Assembly (NCBI GenBank): GCA_054600435.1 | Contig: BAAIJX010000057.1 | Span: 124,001 to 153,630 of the forward strand | DNA: 29,630 nt | From: Neophaeotheca triangularis | Lineage: Eukaryota | Reading direction: 5' to 3' | Shown: in pieces, positions 1 through 9,575 of the stretch | How positions within the stretch are numbered: position 1 is the stretch's first letter | How the letters are laid out: every line of letters begins with the position of its first letter | The notes under the pieces: model-generated | What the model was told of the DNA's origin: nothing | Databases searched by the model: none | The model's input: only the letters and a program-made list of their open reading frames with translations | Made by a program: the position numbers and the translations under genes

Positions 1-71
1 GACCGCCTCTTCGCAGACCACAGGTTTTCTTTTTCCGTGCAACGACTTTCGACTCGACTAGAGAAGTCAAG

Positions 72-2100
72 ATGGTCTCTTCTGGGTCTTCTCCCGAGCG
101 TCGTGAGTCCCAAGTATACGATAAGGCGGACGTGGAGAGAATCAATACCCTCGAGCGTGCTGGCACCAACGCCGAATACTACGAGAAGGATGGCCTCCGC
201 ACGGAAGGCGATGGTGTCGACCATGACGGCACCCATCATAAGGTAAGCAACGCTCGATACCGCGTGCAAGCAAGAGACAAATCGCTAACACTCTGCAGTT
301 CACTTTCAAATTGTTCAGTGCACTGACGGCCATGTCGTTCTTATGGATCGGGTCTCAGATTCCTCTGTATGTCTTCTTTCCCGCATCGACTATACAACGC
401 TCTTCTCACGTCCGCTCAGGTTCCTATTCGGTGGCGTCTCGCCCGACATTTACTCAGACATTGGAGGATACGATCGATGGGTATGGCTGGTTATCGGATA
501 CCTGATTCCCAACGCCGCGCTCTGTCCATTTGTGGGAGCCCTATCCGATCTCTTCGGAAGAAAATGGGTTGGTGTTGCTGGCCAAGTTTTCTTGATCATG
601 GGCCCCATCATCACATCGACTGCTGATACGATGAACATCGCCATCGGTAAGAAATCCGCCGTCGCAAGTCGTTGGGATCTATCGACTTACTGAATTGTCA
701 ATAGCTGGTATGGTTTTCTCTGGAATCGGCGCAGGTCTCAACGAGCTCATCGCACTCTCTGGAACGGGAGAGATGGTACCAACAGCGAAGCGTGGAACGT
801 ACGTCGGGGCCGTCGTCATCACTATCCTCCCGTTCGCACCGTCAGTGCTCTATGCGCAACTCATCACTGGCGCCTCCTCCTGGCGTTGGGTCGGTGCCTT
901 CGTGGCTGGATGGAACTTGCTTGGTCTCATCTTGATCATTGTCGCCTACCACCCTCCAGCCCGCCCTCGTCGCGGACATTCCAACATGGAAATCATCAAG
1001 AGGGTCGATTATGTTGGTGGCATTCTGAGCATCGGTGGAGTATTGATGTTCATGATGGGCATGCAATGGAGCGCGCAGCAGGTGAGCGGCCTACACTCCA
1101 TTCCACAAGGGGACTTTGCTAATGTATACAGTACTCTTGGGGGAGCTCACACGTTCTGGTCCCGTTCATCTTGGGCATCGTTTTCATCATCGCCTTCTTC
1201 GTCTGGGAGGTTGTTGGCGCTAAGTATCCTATGCTTCCGGGGCGGACTTTCTCCAAGGCCAAGCGCACGATGACCCTCATCCTCCTGATCACCTTCCTCA
1301 GTGGTGCGAACTTTTTCGTCATGCTGCTCTTCTGGCCTACTCAGATCTACAATGTCTACGGTGGAGAGGACCGCGTTGGCATCGGAATTCGCAGCTTGCC
1401 CATCGGTTTCGGTATCATCGTCGGCGCCTTCCTCTCGCTTGTGGCAATCCCGGTCACTGGCGGTCGCATCAAGTTCATCATGATCTTCGCGACCGCTCTC
1501 ATGACTGCCGGTACCGGTGCGATGTCGGTCGCCAGGCCGGACAACCTCAACGTCGTATACGGACTGGTTACTATTGCCAGTCTTGGTGTAGGAGCCGTCA
1601 TCATCCCGTGCTCGATCATCGCACAGATTATTTGTCCAGACGATCTGATTGCCACAATTACGGCCATCACTCTTGCCATTCGTTACGTCGGAGGTGCCAT
1701 CGGCTTCACTATCTACTACAACGTCTTTTACCAAAAAGTGGAGAAGCTGATCACGGACAACGTGGCCACAGAGGTCATCATATACCAGCTAAGCTATCTG
1801 GAGGGTGTTGCATCAGGCGATCAGTCTTACATCACAGCTCTTACGGAGGCCATCGCCGAGGCGCGCTATGCGGACTTCAACAGGCTTGCCGAGGCCGCCG
1901 CCATGTTCCCGACAGTCACCGTTTCGCCGCAAGTCTTCAAGGACACGATCGTGGCGGCAGCGCAGGAACAGTTCGCCAATGCCTACCGGTGGCCTTACTA
2001 CATCTCGATTGCCTTTGGTGGAGCTTGCTTTATCATGTCGATCTTCTTGGGCGACATCAAGCCGTTCCTAGATGAGCACGTTGCGGCTGTGGTCGAGTAG
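72..2100 (+). CDS. MFS drug-efflux transporter, fungal trichothecene efflux pump (TRI12)-like, about 603 aa; exons 72-242, 299-366, 420-646, 705-1081, 1132-2100
   Basis: Four GT-AG introns with branch sites join the ORF pieces in frame (total 1812 nt). Many hydrophobic TM segments. MFS motif A-like GALSDLFGRK. N-terminal AMSFLWIGSQIPL segment is typical of TRI12-like pumps. Confidence 0.88.
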
Positions 2101-2702
2101 GATGGTAGACATAACACGCTGTCGTTACTGCTCACGAATGAGTGTGTACATAGCTTTATTTCTTCATATTGTTCATGTTCCTCAGTAATGTTTGGAATCA
2201 TTCCTCGACATCGAGTCAAGTGACAGGTGCCACCATAGGACATGGAGAGTGTTCGTTCTCTTCTATTAGCTGCGATTTTGAGTATTGTTGCAGCAAGTCG
2301 CAATATCCAGACTGGTGCTTCCAGTTCCAAATCGCAGCTTTAAGCTTGCCCGCGCCAATCGAGACTTGCGGTTTATACTATTCGAGCTCTACACGAAGGC
2401 CGCCTTTTCGTAGAATCGAGTCTGAGCAGGGCCTTGATCGAGAGCGAGGTGGGCATGGGCGAAGTATCCATCTTGGCCCAAGAGAAACAACACGCAAAGT
2501 GGCCCGACCAATTTCACGTAACCCCTTCAGATACCTAAAGTCCGAAACAACTATTGAATGCAAACGTACCATCTCGCGCCATCGTCAAAAGAACACATCT
2601 GCATTTAGGTGCTGGAGCGGCTGCGAAGCTTCCGTCCGCCTTCTGAATGACCGAATCCGAATAATCTTACAGTCTGGCTACTGACAACACTTTCAGGCAC
2701 AA

Positions 2703-4429
2703 TCAATTCAATCCCAGAGCCACCACATCAGGCAGGTCCGCAACGTTGATCATCCTTCGACTATCCGCATCAAAGATTCTCAAGACCCCCAGGTCAAGCA
2801 CCCCTATCTTCATAGCACGTAGCCTTAATTGCGTTTCGTAACATGCGCCAGCGGGTAATGGGCCTATCCTGATATCGGCGTCGAGCGGTAAGACGTCGGG
2901 CAGGTTTTTGCGAGTCTCTAAGATGCTGCTGTCGCCAGAGCCTGTGTTCGCGTCTGCGCCTGAGCTTTGGAAAATGGGCTCTGATTGCCGGTTTGGCGCT
3001 ATGGCGAGTGAAAATCTTCTCGCACGGTTGCTGTTGTTGATGCATTGTATGCGGAGACTGAACTCTTCGCCGCGGGTGGTAGAAGGGGGCCCTTTGATGG
3101 AGAATGTCATGCCCGTATCGCTGCTGACCCTCTTGACCTCGGAATCCGAGGACTTTCGCACTGCGTTGGAAGGGATCGATACTCCGCTGAGAGGTCTGGT
3201 CCACTTGTATTCCGGCTGCGAATCTGCTGGCGAGAGGTCGGCTTGATTGTGCCAGCAGATGTCGAGGTTGACGTGGGAGCCTTGGTCTAGTTTTGCGGTT
3301 GCGAGGACATGTACCGTGACTTTTGCAGGAGATGTATCCTGGCTTGCATAGTCCTCGCGGAGAGCCTCGGCTTGGAAAACAATGATGAGCTCATCCCCTG
3401 GGTGGGTAGTTTTGGGCCACGTTGTGGCGTTCAGCTGGCGGAGATGGAAGCCTGCTGCCTCTAGGGAGACGTCCTCGATTGTCACGGTTCCCGCTATCAC
3501 GTGGGCCGTCTCGAGATGGAGGCTTACCAGCACGCTTTCCGCTAGCCGAGAATACCGGAGTCTTGAAAACAAAGCAGGCACGGTAGGAAAAGCCCGTTTT
3601 GTGGCCCCTCGTATAGATCTCAAACGCTCCTCACTCTGGCTCTCATTCGGCGATATTTTGGTGATGCGATCTTCGGGGAGGTAAACATCAGAGCCAGAGA
3701 GCGAAGGTTCGAATTTCAAAGGCTCCAAAACATTGGCCGGCAAAGGTTCGTAGCTCTTCAAGTATGTCGGTTGGACTCGCTGAGTATTCGTCGCGGCCGC
3801 ATCATCGAATGCGACGCTCGCAGTGAAGTAAATTGCCGGTCGTTGTAGCCTTACACGAGGCCATGGCAGATGCAGGACTAGCTTCCAGATCACGAAGAGG
3901 TTGTCGTTTGCAGCGACGATCTCAGGATCTTTGGAACCCTCGAAACTTCGGCTGACAAGGTCATGTTTGCCGGATGCAGAAGCAGCATTTCCACCACCAT
4001 GCGGCACAGCGTCTGTGACATGCGATGATAGGGTGACCTCGAGCTTTTGTAGGAGTTGCCGGAGATGCTCGGTATTTGTCGGAGTCGTCTTAAGGACAAG
4101 GCATATCGTTACGCTCTCATCTAGTTTCACCAACGGTGAGTACGATGGTCGTCTGAACGACGTTGCTGCTCCCTCTTACCGAAGAATAAATTACGCCTGG
4201 TCGAGATATCCGACAGGGAATCCCCCGGCGATTCTCTCTGCAGTGAAGGCTTAAGGTCCTGGTCGTGCTTTCGGGGGAGTAGAATCTGGAGTGAGGCGCC
4301 TTGGGATAAAGCCTCGTACTCACCCCGCGCACTCGTAGCAGATACGCTCATCCTACGTGCATTCTGGGAGTGTTGGCGAGGACGTGAGGTTGACGGTGAA
4401 CTGTGATGCATGTTCTGATTGGCTGCCAT
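2703..4429 (-). CDS. TRS65: TRAPP II complex subunit Trs65-like, about 555 aa; exons 4429-4180 and 4120-2703
   Basis: Minus-strand intron 4179-4121 (GTAAGA...CTCAC...TAG) joins RRNLFF|DESV in frame. C-terminal DIRIGPLPAGACYETQLRLRAMKIGVLDLGVLRIFD resembles the fungal Trs65 domain. Start codon uncertain. Confidence 0.78.
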
Positions 4430-4548
4430 CGCTGCTTATCTAATCAAGTTTGGCGGCGGCTGAAGCAGGGAGACTCTTCCAGTTGCAACAGCCACAACAC
4501 CTCCTGAGCAATGTAATCTCCATCGTCTCGCTCCTTGACTATTGTATC
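4430..4548. promoter_or_regulatory. Very short (119 bp) divergent intergenic region, probable bidirectional promoter for TRS65 and TBCE
   Basis: Head-to-head ATGs at 4429 (-) and 4549 (+). Confidence 0.55.
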
Positions 4549-6300
4549 ATGAGCCACCTGGCCTCGTTCTATGAAGGGCAGAGGCTAAGCCTCAAAAATC
4601 TTACTTGCACTGTCCGCTTCGTTGGATCGGTAGCAGGCAAAGCAGGGGAATGGCTGGGGGTTGAGTGGGACGATACGAGCCGTGGCAAGAATAATGGCAC
4701 ATTCGACGGTGTCAGGTACTTCAGCTGTAGGACCCACTTTTGCAGTTCCTCCTTAGCGGCCTTTACATCTCATACTTACAATGCAGGCAGGAGCTCTTCC
4801 GCGACAGCGGCATCATTCTTGAGGCCATCCCAGCCATGGGACGAGCCAAGAACATTTTTCCAGGCTGTCCGTGATAAGTACGTCGCCAACGAAGGTGCCA
4901 GTAGAGCGGAGGTCGTCTACTTGTCTGGCAAACAGGCAGAAGAGGTTGGCTTTGGGAAGTTTGCCAAGCGACAGGCTAAGCTCAAGGGGATCCATGTCCT
5001 GGTGCTCGACCGCATGCAAGTTCATGGCAGGCAGCGGCCTGAGAATGAACTTGACGTGGAGACTGCCCATATGTGTGCCAAGGTCACAGATCTCGACCTT
5101 AGTAGCAACCTCCTCGAGTCAGTGGAGGAGATCCAGAACATATGTTCGAAACTGCCCGAGCTGCAGCGCTTGACCCTCGATGGAGATCGCATCCTTCACG
5201 CAGTACCATTACGTCTGAGCCGGCTCAAAAGTCTCAGCATCTCGAATCTTTTCTCCCAGTGGCACGAATGCTCTCGCTTATTAGAAGGGTGCGATTCCCT
5301 AAAGATTCTCACAGCCGCGGAGAGTGGATTCACCAAAGTAGAGGATGAGCTTCCGCCTCTAGTCAGCGAACTTGATCTCGCTGGCAATCAAATGATCTCG
5401 CTCTCGCAGCTTATCGGTCCTGCCAAGAGTCAAACACTTACCAAGCTTGTTCTGAAACACAACAAGATCAGTGACACTGGCGCTAATCAGCAGCCCTTTC
5501 ACTCCGAACTTGCAGACTTGGACCTCAGCTACAACCAAATCAATACATGGTCCTTCTTCGACCAGCTTCCTCTTATTCTGCCTAGCGTCAGACATCTCCG
5601 AGTAACTGGGAACCCGCTGTATTTGAATTTGAGGTCCGCGGAGGGCAAACCACTGTCGACAGAAGACGGATACATGCTCACGATTGCTCGTCTGCCTCAA
5701 TTGCAGTCCCTGAACTACAGCAAAATCACAGACAAGGAGCGACTGAACGCCGATACGTATTATCTAAGCCAGATAGCGACCGAGATGTCTCTCACACCGC
5801 CGGAGAATGAAGCAGAGATAGCGAGTAGACATCCTAGGTGGCAAGCGTTAGTCAAGGAGTACGGCGAACCGGTGGTGGTACGGAAGCTTGGTGCCGACGA
5901 GATTGATCCAAACTCATTAGCTGCTCGACTAGTCCGCTGCAAGTTCAGCTTGGTGGATGAGGCGCAATCGATTCCGCATGCAGATTATTGGGAAGAGGAA
6001 ATCCCGAAGTCGTTCGATGTCTACAAGTTACTCGGATTGGTTGGTAAACGACTGGACCTCTCGCCGCGTTGTCTACGCTTGACTTGGGTGACGGGCGAGA
6101 AGGACCCTCTGGCGCAGAAAGACGACCTGCAGGGACCCGAATGGTGGGATAGCGATGACGAAAATGAGGCAATCCCAGAGGAAGATGAGCTCGTCTCTCG
6201 GGAGGTGGAAATCGTTCCCGGGACGAGAGCTATTGGCACGTATTTTGAAGCTGGCGAGGTTGCGATCAGGGTTTCTCTGAAGGAGCGCTCCTGTCCTTGA
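4549..6300 (+). CDS. PAC2: Tubulin-specific chaperone E (TBCE/Pac2/Alp21), about 563 aa; exons 4549-4726 and 4787-6300
   Basis: N-terminal CAP-Gly domain (TVRFVG...WLGVEWDD..RGKNNGTFDGVRYF), leucine-rich repeats (LDLSSNLL, LDLAGNQM, LDLSYNQI) and a C-terminal ubiquitin-like region. A 60-nt in-frame intron lies at 4727-4786 (GTAGGA...CAG). Confidence 0.92.
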   Translation: MSHLASFYEGQRLSLKNLTCTVRFVGSVAGKAGEWLGVEWDDTSRGKNNGTFDGVRYFSCRTHFCSSSLAAFTSHTYNAGRSSSATAASFLRPSQPWDEPRTFFQAVRDKYVANEGASRAEVVYLSGKQAEEVGFGKFAKRQAKLKGIHVLVLDRMQVHGRQRPENELDVETAHMCAKVTDLDLSSNLLESVEEIQNICSKLPELQRLTLDGDRILHAVPLRLSRLKSLSISNLFSQWHECSRLLEGCDSLKILTAAESGFTKVEDELPPLVSELDLAGNQMISLSQLIGPAKSQTLTKLVLKHNKISDTGANQQPFHSELADLDLSYNQINTWSFFDQLPLILPSVRHLRVTGNPLYLNLRSAEGKPLSTEDGYMLTIARLPQLQSLNYSKITDKERLNADTYYLSQIATEMSLTPPENEAEIASRHPRWQALVKEYGEPVVVRKLGADEIDPNSLAARLVRCKFSLVDEAQSIPHADYWEEEIPKSFDVYKLLGLVGKRLDLSPRCLRLTWVTGEKDPLAQKDDLQGPEWWDSDDENEAIPEEDELVSREVEIVPGTRAIGTYFEAGEVAIRVSLKERSCP

Positions 6301-7209
6301 TGGAGAGCGGATACAATCAAACTGAAGATGTACGTGGAAGTACTAGTAGGCAAGAGTTGACGGATCTGCAACGGTACAAATGCTGTCGGAGATCACCGAC
6401 TGCTAGCTGAGCACTGGCTGTCTGTGGTGCTAGCCGTCAAGCAACTTTGAGACCTTGTCAGTACTTGCGTCTCGCTTCCACCAGACTATTGCAACAGCTT
6501 TTGTCAAACACGACCCTGTGCTTTCCAAATGGTAATTAAGCGCCTCGAGTGGACGACGCAACGTTCAGTCGTGATCATCCTCTCGTTCTAGTTTGCACCT
6601 GTTCGCAATGCCATCGCCTCGTTGAAAGCGTTCTAGAAGCCGTTGAGACCGAGCATCGTCGGCGCTTAATGGTCCGAGGCTGGCTTGCTCCTACCATCAA
6701 CCTGGCGTACGAACACGTAGATGCATACACGTGCATACATGTTTGACTACAGTACTTTCTCAACGTTCATCGACGTCGAACATCTATCTTAATTACTTGC
6801 CTACAAATTTCCAGCAACCTTTCTCAATTTGACGTTGTCGATCAAGTTTCGACCTGTACCCTCGGAGGACTCGGTATGCGAGGCTGCTCGACTCCCGGTA
6901 CCTTCGATCGGTGCAACCTCTAGCTGAGTAGGAACTCTTAAGCTTCGACACGGCAGTCTCCTGGGCATCTTCGGACGAGCTTCTTGGACCGGCACAAGTG
7001 CCCAATTCATTGATAAAAGGGTTTTGTTATCGCAGTCGTCTTATCGCCAGGAAGAATGAAACACCGGCACCAGCTCGAGGGACCCTTGATCAAGCAAGTT
7101 GTCTCTAGCAAGCCTGGCGTCTAGGCCGGAGCCAACAGACCCCACCTGAGTAAACTTTGTAAGTTTTATATATCTCTGACCTTGCCAAACGCCAACAATC
7201 ACCCGATCA

Positions 7210-7305
7210 GCCGGGGTAGCTCAATCGGTAGAGCGTGTGGCTCTTAATGGATCATCAGATCCAGAGATCACCTCAAGGTCGTGGGTTCGAGCCCCACCTT
7301 CGGCT
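7210..7305 (+). tRNA. tRNA-Lys: tRNA-Lys(CTT), copy 1, with a 23-nt canonical intron at 7247-7269
   Basis: Cloverleaf: acceptor GCCGGGG/CTTCGGC, D stem GCTC/GAGC, anticodon CTT at 7243-7245, T arm GTGGG-TTCGAGC-CCCAC. Intron follows A37. Upstream TATA-like TTATATAT and a downstream T-run. Confidence 0.95.
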
Positions 7306-7309
7306 TTCC

Positions 7310-7332
7310 TTTTTGCTCTTCTCACCTTTTTT
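7310..7332 (+). terminator. Pol III terminator T-runs of tRNA-Lys copy 1
   Basis: T5 at 7310-7314 and T6 at 7327-7332, immediately 3' of the tRNA. Confidence 0.75.
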
Positions 7333-7422
7333 GCTTCGCACTCATTTCTGCATTACTTAGACTGATTTTCCAACGACGAGCGAAACAATGCGCGGTCTTC
7401 GCGGTCGGCAATTATCCGATAC

Positions 7423-7583
7423 GCCGGGGTAGCTCAATCGGTAGAGCGTGGTACGTTCCAACACACGCTCGAAATTACCTCATCAGTGCATCTTCTAACA
7501 CCCAACAACAGTGGCTCTTAATTGAACACTACCAGTTCAAACAGATCACCTCAAGGTCGTGGGTTCGAGCCCCATCTTCGGCT
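7423..7583 (+). tRNA. tRNA-Lys: tRNA-Lys(CTT), copy 2, with two introns: spliceosomal-type 7451-7511 (between positions 28/29) and canonical tRNA intron 7521-7547
   Basis: Exons 7423-7450, 7512-7520 and 7548-7583 join to a mature sequence identical to copy 1 except C65>T, which gives a G-U pair in the T stem. A and B boxes are intact. T5 terminator at 7588-7592. Confidence 0.85.
7451..7511 (+). other. 61-nt spliceosomal-type (GT-AG) intron inside the tRNA gene
   Basis: Donor GTACGT (7451-7456), branch site TTCTAAC (7493-7499), acceptor CAG (7509-7511). Length matches the mRNA introns in this window. Absent from paralogous copy 1. Confidence 0.85.
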
Positions 7584-8315
7584 TCTCTTTTTGCTCCTCT
7601 CACCCTTTTGCTGTGTCCTTTTGCTTCTCTAGTCTTGAAACACTTTGAGCCATCTGCTTCACGCGAGTGCATGCAGTGCTTGGGCAGAGTACGGGCGGAG
7701 TTGGGAATTTTTTCTTCTTCTCCCAGCCCCTGTTGACTTGACTGCTAGGCGAGAACAATAATGTCCACAAAGAGGTAGCGTAGCGTTCAGTCCTCAGCTC
7801 CTCGAAGCCCGGGTTGCCTCGAGCTAACGGCACATGTGGTTTTAAAAGCCCAGGAGCAAGCAAGCGGTATCCGTACGTACGTAGGTAGGTAGATACGTAC
7901 GCCACCTCGCCCCGTCTGTCTTGGAGACGCGGCTGTTTTCAAAATCGGCCCCGTCGTGGCTAGTTATACCTGGGACGTTGGTAAAGCAGGCAAGGAAGCA
8001 GCATTAACGCCAGCCAGCCCCTGGGTAGGCATACGGCTGCGCTAAGCAACGGCAACGGCGAGACCCATGTCTTCAAACTCCCCTGATAAGCGAGGCGAAC
8101 AAACTGCATGTAGCCAACGATACGTGACGAACAAGCGAGGTTGGATAGATGGCATTCAACAGGATATGTCCAGACAGATGAAATAAGCCTCTAGATACGA
8201 GAAAGAAGATGGATGAAAGGAAAGAAGAATATCAAGTAATACCACCCAGTTCAGCCAGCCAACCCAAAGAGTAGGTCTCGCGACCCTGAATGTTTTCCTC
8301 CCTTAGATACCCGGT

Positions 8316-8332
8316 AAAAAAAAAAAAAAAAA
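8316..8332 (+). repeat. Poly(A) homopolymer (17 nt)
   Basis: Directly visible run. Confidence 0.9.
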
Positions 8333-8756
8333 GACTCCATGCCCCCTCCAAAAGACATGTTTCGCGTGACTGTTTTTTGCTCCCCAATCTTTGGTGGGAG
8401 AAATTGAAATGAGTGGACGGCAGGTCCTCAAGACCTTTTTCCCAGGAATGTTTCGTCGTGACTTCGTCCCATTGGATTCATCAATGGACCTGCCAAGCTA
8501 GTGGTGGAAAAAAGAGAGTGTGAATGGTTGTGTGTAAAAGGGAGGCATTCCTGTATGCACAGTCGAATCGAAGGAGAGAAGTGGGCCGCTGCTTTCCAGG
8601 CGCTGTGAACAGAGGTCCCTTGCGGAGGAGAGCTGGAAACAGACTCGTGTGGTTGCTTGGCGGCAAAGGGAGCTCCGTTTCACATCTGCAACCTTCCCTG
8701 TGCATGGGACAGGGGAGGTTCGATTGCAAAATGCAGCAAGTTCTGTTCGTCGAAGC

Positions 8757-9575
8757 CTAGATCCAGCCGGCAGTGTCGTTGTCTTCTGCGAACAAGTAGT
8801 CCATGACGCTGGAGATCTCTGCCATGTAGTCGCTGGCGCCGAAGTGCGCAAGACCGAGCGATTGCATGTAGACGGTGTCTTCGTCGTTGCTGTGGTTCGA
8901 GATTACTTGTCCGTACTCTTCTGCGACCTCGTCGAGCTGGGCGAGCTCGTTGTCAAAGGGGCTTTCCCTGGGCGCTTCAACAAAGCCTGAACGCGTAGGG
9001 CTGAAAGCCTCAATCGATGTGCGTCCCCTGGAGCCTGGCGGTGACTGCATGCGGCTAATGGAACGCTGTCGGCTGACCATTTCGTGAGCCTTCTTGGAGT
9101 GCGAGGGAGCGCGTTGTGGCAGGTTTGGCCTGCTTGAGTCGAAAGAAGGACGGGCAGAGGCAGTGGGAGAGTGGCTTGACGTGGGCCTGTTGGTCTCGAC
9201 GGCGGGCTTGAAGTAGCAGCTCAAATGGTTTGGCTCGCATGGCGACTCGTCAACGGAAGAAGCGTCGGTGATGGTATCGTTCGAGTGCACGCTACCACTG
9301 CTGGCGTCGCTGTCTTCACCCGAGCTGTGGCTTGAAGCGGCAGACGATGGGTACGAGGGCTGGTTGCAGTACTCGATGGGCGAGGTGCCGGGGATATCAG
9401 CGTGGTTGTGCGCCGTGGCATTCGTCGTCGACAAAAGTGCTACGGGGGACGAGATCTCATGGCGGAATACCGGCTTACCACCACGTTGGGTAGCAGCTCT
9501 GCCTATACGCATGGGGTTGCTGATTTCGGGCTCGGGCTTCTTGCCGCGAGTGCTGAATGCGCGAGCGAAGGCCAT
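8757..9575 (-). CDS. Ser/Pro-rich hypothetical protein of filamentous ascomycetes, 272 aa, single exon
   Basis: Long ORF with coding-like codon usage. Motifs RHEISSPVALLSTTN, PNLPQRAPSHSKKAH and ELAQLDEVAEE resemble a conserved Pezizomycotina protein of unknown function (from recall, not searched). Confidence 0.8.
   Translation of the reverse strand: MAFARAFSTRGKKPEPEISNPMRIGRAATQRGGKPVFRHEISSPVALLSTTNATAHNHADIPGTSPIEYCNQPSYPSSAASSHSSGEDSDASSGSVHSNDTITDASSVDESPCEPNHLSCYFKPAVETNRPTSSHSPTASARPSFDSSRPNLPQRAPSHSKKAHEMVSRQRSISRMQSPPGSRGRTSIEAFSPTRSGFVEAPRESPFDNELAQLDEVAEEYGQVISNHSNDEDTVYMQSLGLAHFGASDYMAEISSVMDYLFAEDNDTAGWI

Noticed and set aside
1147..1734. 195-aa antisense ORF, and similar shadow ORFs inside the MutL, PMC1 and 14-3-3-like genes
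   Set aside because: By-products of codon bias on the coding strand with no recognisable motifs.
4450..4548. N-terminal extension of the TBCE ORF
   Set aside because: TTG start in the shared promoter region; the CAP-Gly domain begins right after ATG 4549.
6549..7010. Short ORFs between TBCE and the tRNAs
   Set aside because: Short, no recognisable motifs and no consistent exon chain.
7451..7511. Insert interpreted as a transposon footprint, group I intron or bulge-helix-bulge tRNA intron
   Set aside because: No terminal inverted repeats or target-site duplication beyond one G, far too short for group I, and no convincing BHB motif. All three spliceosomal signals are present.
7281..7736. 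151-aa ORF across the tRNA genes that might explain the GT-AG intron as an mRNA intron
   Set aside because: It starts at GTG inside tRNA copy 1 and is not protein-like. Removing 61 nt shifts its frame, whereas it restores the tRNA exactly.
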